From: Candidatus Eiseniibacteriota bacterium
GTDB taxonomy: Bacteria > Eisenbacteria > RBG-16-71-46
Length of the DNA stretch: 18,212 bases
Assembly: GCA_031366795.1 (NCBI GenBank)
Contig: JANLOX010000416.1
Location: 1 to 18,212, forward strand
Reading direction: 5' to 3'
Below are positions 16,970 to 18,212 of the stretch, in pieces. The position numbers and the translations under genes were made by a program. Below the pieces are notes generated by a model. It saw only the letters and a list, made by a program, of their open reading frames with translations. It did no database searches and had not been told where the DNA came from. Numbering within the stretch: the stretch's first letter is position 1; the number at the start of each line of letters is the position of its first letter.

Positions 16970-17348
16970 AACAGCGGAGAATTGGGAGTCGTCTTCCCGG
17001 AGGTTCGCCGGCCCAGAACAGCCGGCGCCCGACAACAGGAGCGGCAACGGCTGGTTCGCATGAAGGGACGTGCGGCCTAGATGTCATCAACGCAGTGCAC
17101 GTCGGGGGCGTGGTGCTGCATGAAGCGGTGAACACCTCGTCCCGACAGGGCCCACACTGGGCTGTCCCGGCCACGCCAATCGCTGCCGCAGATTCGCGCG
17201 CTGGCAGCTCCATGCATGCGCAGAATCCCGGCTCCAACCTCGCCACGCCGTCTGTGGAGATACAGACAGAACCGCCGGCCAGCGGAGGCATGACGATAAG
17301 CACTTGGAGGAGCGCGAGCAATCGGAAGAACCGCTTCGAAGCGGGCAT
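16968..17348 (-). CDS. Cys-rich small protein with N-terminal signal or TM segment (CzcI/DUF2946/CutF-like leader), 126 aa; start inferred
   Basis: MPASKRFFRLLALLQVLIVMPPLAGGSVC...FCAC...QCGPC...GEPPGRRLPILRC; 9 Cys; lies directly upstream of czcC. No clear SD. Confidence 0.7.
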   Translation of the reverse strand: MPASKRFFRLLALLQVLIVMPPLAGGSVCISTDGVARLEPGFCACMELPARESAAAIGVAGTAQCGPCRDEVFTASCSTTPPTCTALMTSRPHVPSCEPAVAAPVVGRRLFWAGEPPGRRLPILRC

Positions 17349-17444
17349 AGGCTCGCGACAGTCGCGGAAATGCTGGCCCGGGTCAAGCGCTTGGCGATGG
17401 CGATTGTCGCTCCTGCGCTGGATTCCATGAGCGGGTGCAACAAC

Positions 17445-17464
17445 ATTTCGCCATGTGACGAAAT
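17445..17464. promoter_or_regulatory. Imperfect 20-bp palindrome, possible operator
   Basis: ATTTCGCCATGTGACGAAAT is self-complementary at 16 of 20 positions and sits in a locally AT-richer patch about 100 bp upstream of the leader ORF. Confidence 0.3.
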
Positions 17465-17729
17465 CACCAAATGAGGAACGCATATACGCCACTTTGAGCT
17501 GGCTGTGAGCGCCGTCGGGGACCTGATTAGTCGCTGAATCCCCAAGCGAAGCCGGTGCCTGATCTCCTGCACGGCGCGCTCGACGGGACCCGGCAGGGAT
17601 CGCCGACCGCTTCTCGATCAGGCCGAACGTCCTGCTCGCTGAGTTAAACGATCCTGCCGCTCGGCCCGAGTCAGGCTCGCACGAATAGGCGAGGACTCTT
17701 GCGGAGCTTCTCCGCACACATGGAAAGGA

Positions 17730-18212
17730 TCACCGCTCGGAGACCTCAGGTTGTTCGAATCGCCCGAATCTTAGCGCGAGGGTCGGCAGCACGAGGAGGC
17801 TGAGCAGCGTGGACGTCACGAGTCCGCCGAGGATGACAATCGCCATCGGACCCTCGATCTCTCGCCCTGGCGCTCCGCTGCCGATGGCGAGCGGCAACAG
17901 CCCCAGAGCGGTGACCAGTGCGGTCATCACGATCGGTGCGAAGCGCTCAGCCGCCCCGCGGAGCGCCGCTTCCGGTCCCCAGGCCATGCCCTCGTGCGCC
18001 ACGATGTGATCGTAGTGCGAGATGAGCATGATCGAGTTACGGGTGCTGATGCCGAACAGCGTGACGAAACCGACCAGTGAACCGACAGAGAGCCATCCGC
18101 CGGTGAGGAATACAGCGAGCACGCCACCGACCAACGCGAACGGCAAATTCGCTAGCACAAGTGCCAGGTTCCGCCCACTCCGGAACACGATTGCCAGGAG
18201 CAGCACGATCCC
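17730..18212 (-). CDS. C-terminus of a second CusA/CzcA-family RND permease (partial; enters from the right edge)
   Basis: Frame open to the edge: NLPFALVGGV, SVGSLVGFVTLFGISTRNSIMLISHY, ERFAPIVMTALVT, GREIEGPMAIVILGGL. Confidence 0.93.
   Translation of the reverse strand, partial: GIVLLLAIVFRSGRNLALVLANLPFALVGGVLAVFLTGGWLSVGSLVGFVTLFGISTRNSIMLISHYDHIVAHEGMAWGPEAALRGAAERFAPIVMTALVTALGLLPLAIGSGAPGREIEGPMAIVILGGLVTSTLLSLLVLPTLALRFGRFEQPEVSER

Noticed and set aside
17349..17717. Upstream extension of the Cys-rich ORF to 249 aa
   Set aside because: Low-complexity translation through a probable promoter region; the signal-like segment begins at Met 17348.
1..18212. CRISPR arrays, tRNA/rRNA genes, integrase or att sites, defence genes
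   Set aside because: None seen on reading either strand; the only mobile element evident is the IS3 copy.

Overview
GC-rich, Gram-negative-type heavy-metal island, transcribed almost entirely on the minus strand (right to left). In that order it holds: the 3' end of one HME-RND pump; a Cys-rich leader-like ORF; an intact czcC-czcB-czcA-czcD-type divalent-metal efflux operon; a cupredoxin remnant; an unknown lipoprotein; a CupA-like cupredoxin; a heavily decayed copA pseudogene; a DUF305 (CopM-like) protein; a Csp-type copper-storage protein; a plus-strand SAM methyltransferase; a secreted Met/His-rich helical protein; a Cys-rich CBS protein; a DUF2933/ICMT deletion fusion; a lycopene-cyclase-domain membrane gene split by a complete 1380-bp IS3-family element (ATC target duplication); a universal stress protein; and the 5' end of a second P1B ATPase that the ORF track misses. 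The best leads are (i) a Cys-rich upstream ORF whose stop codon base-pairs with the czcC Shine-Dalgarno sequence, a candidate metal-sensing translational switch, (ii) a stand-alone CBS protein with five CC pairs next to a 20-Met/11-His secreted protein, and (iii) a speculative four-way-junction RNA upstream of the lipoprotein. All family calls come from motif recognition by eye; no database search was run.
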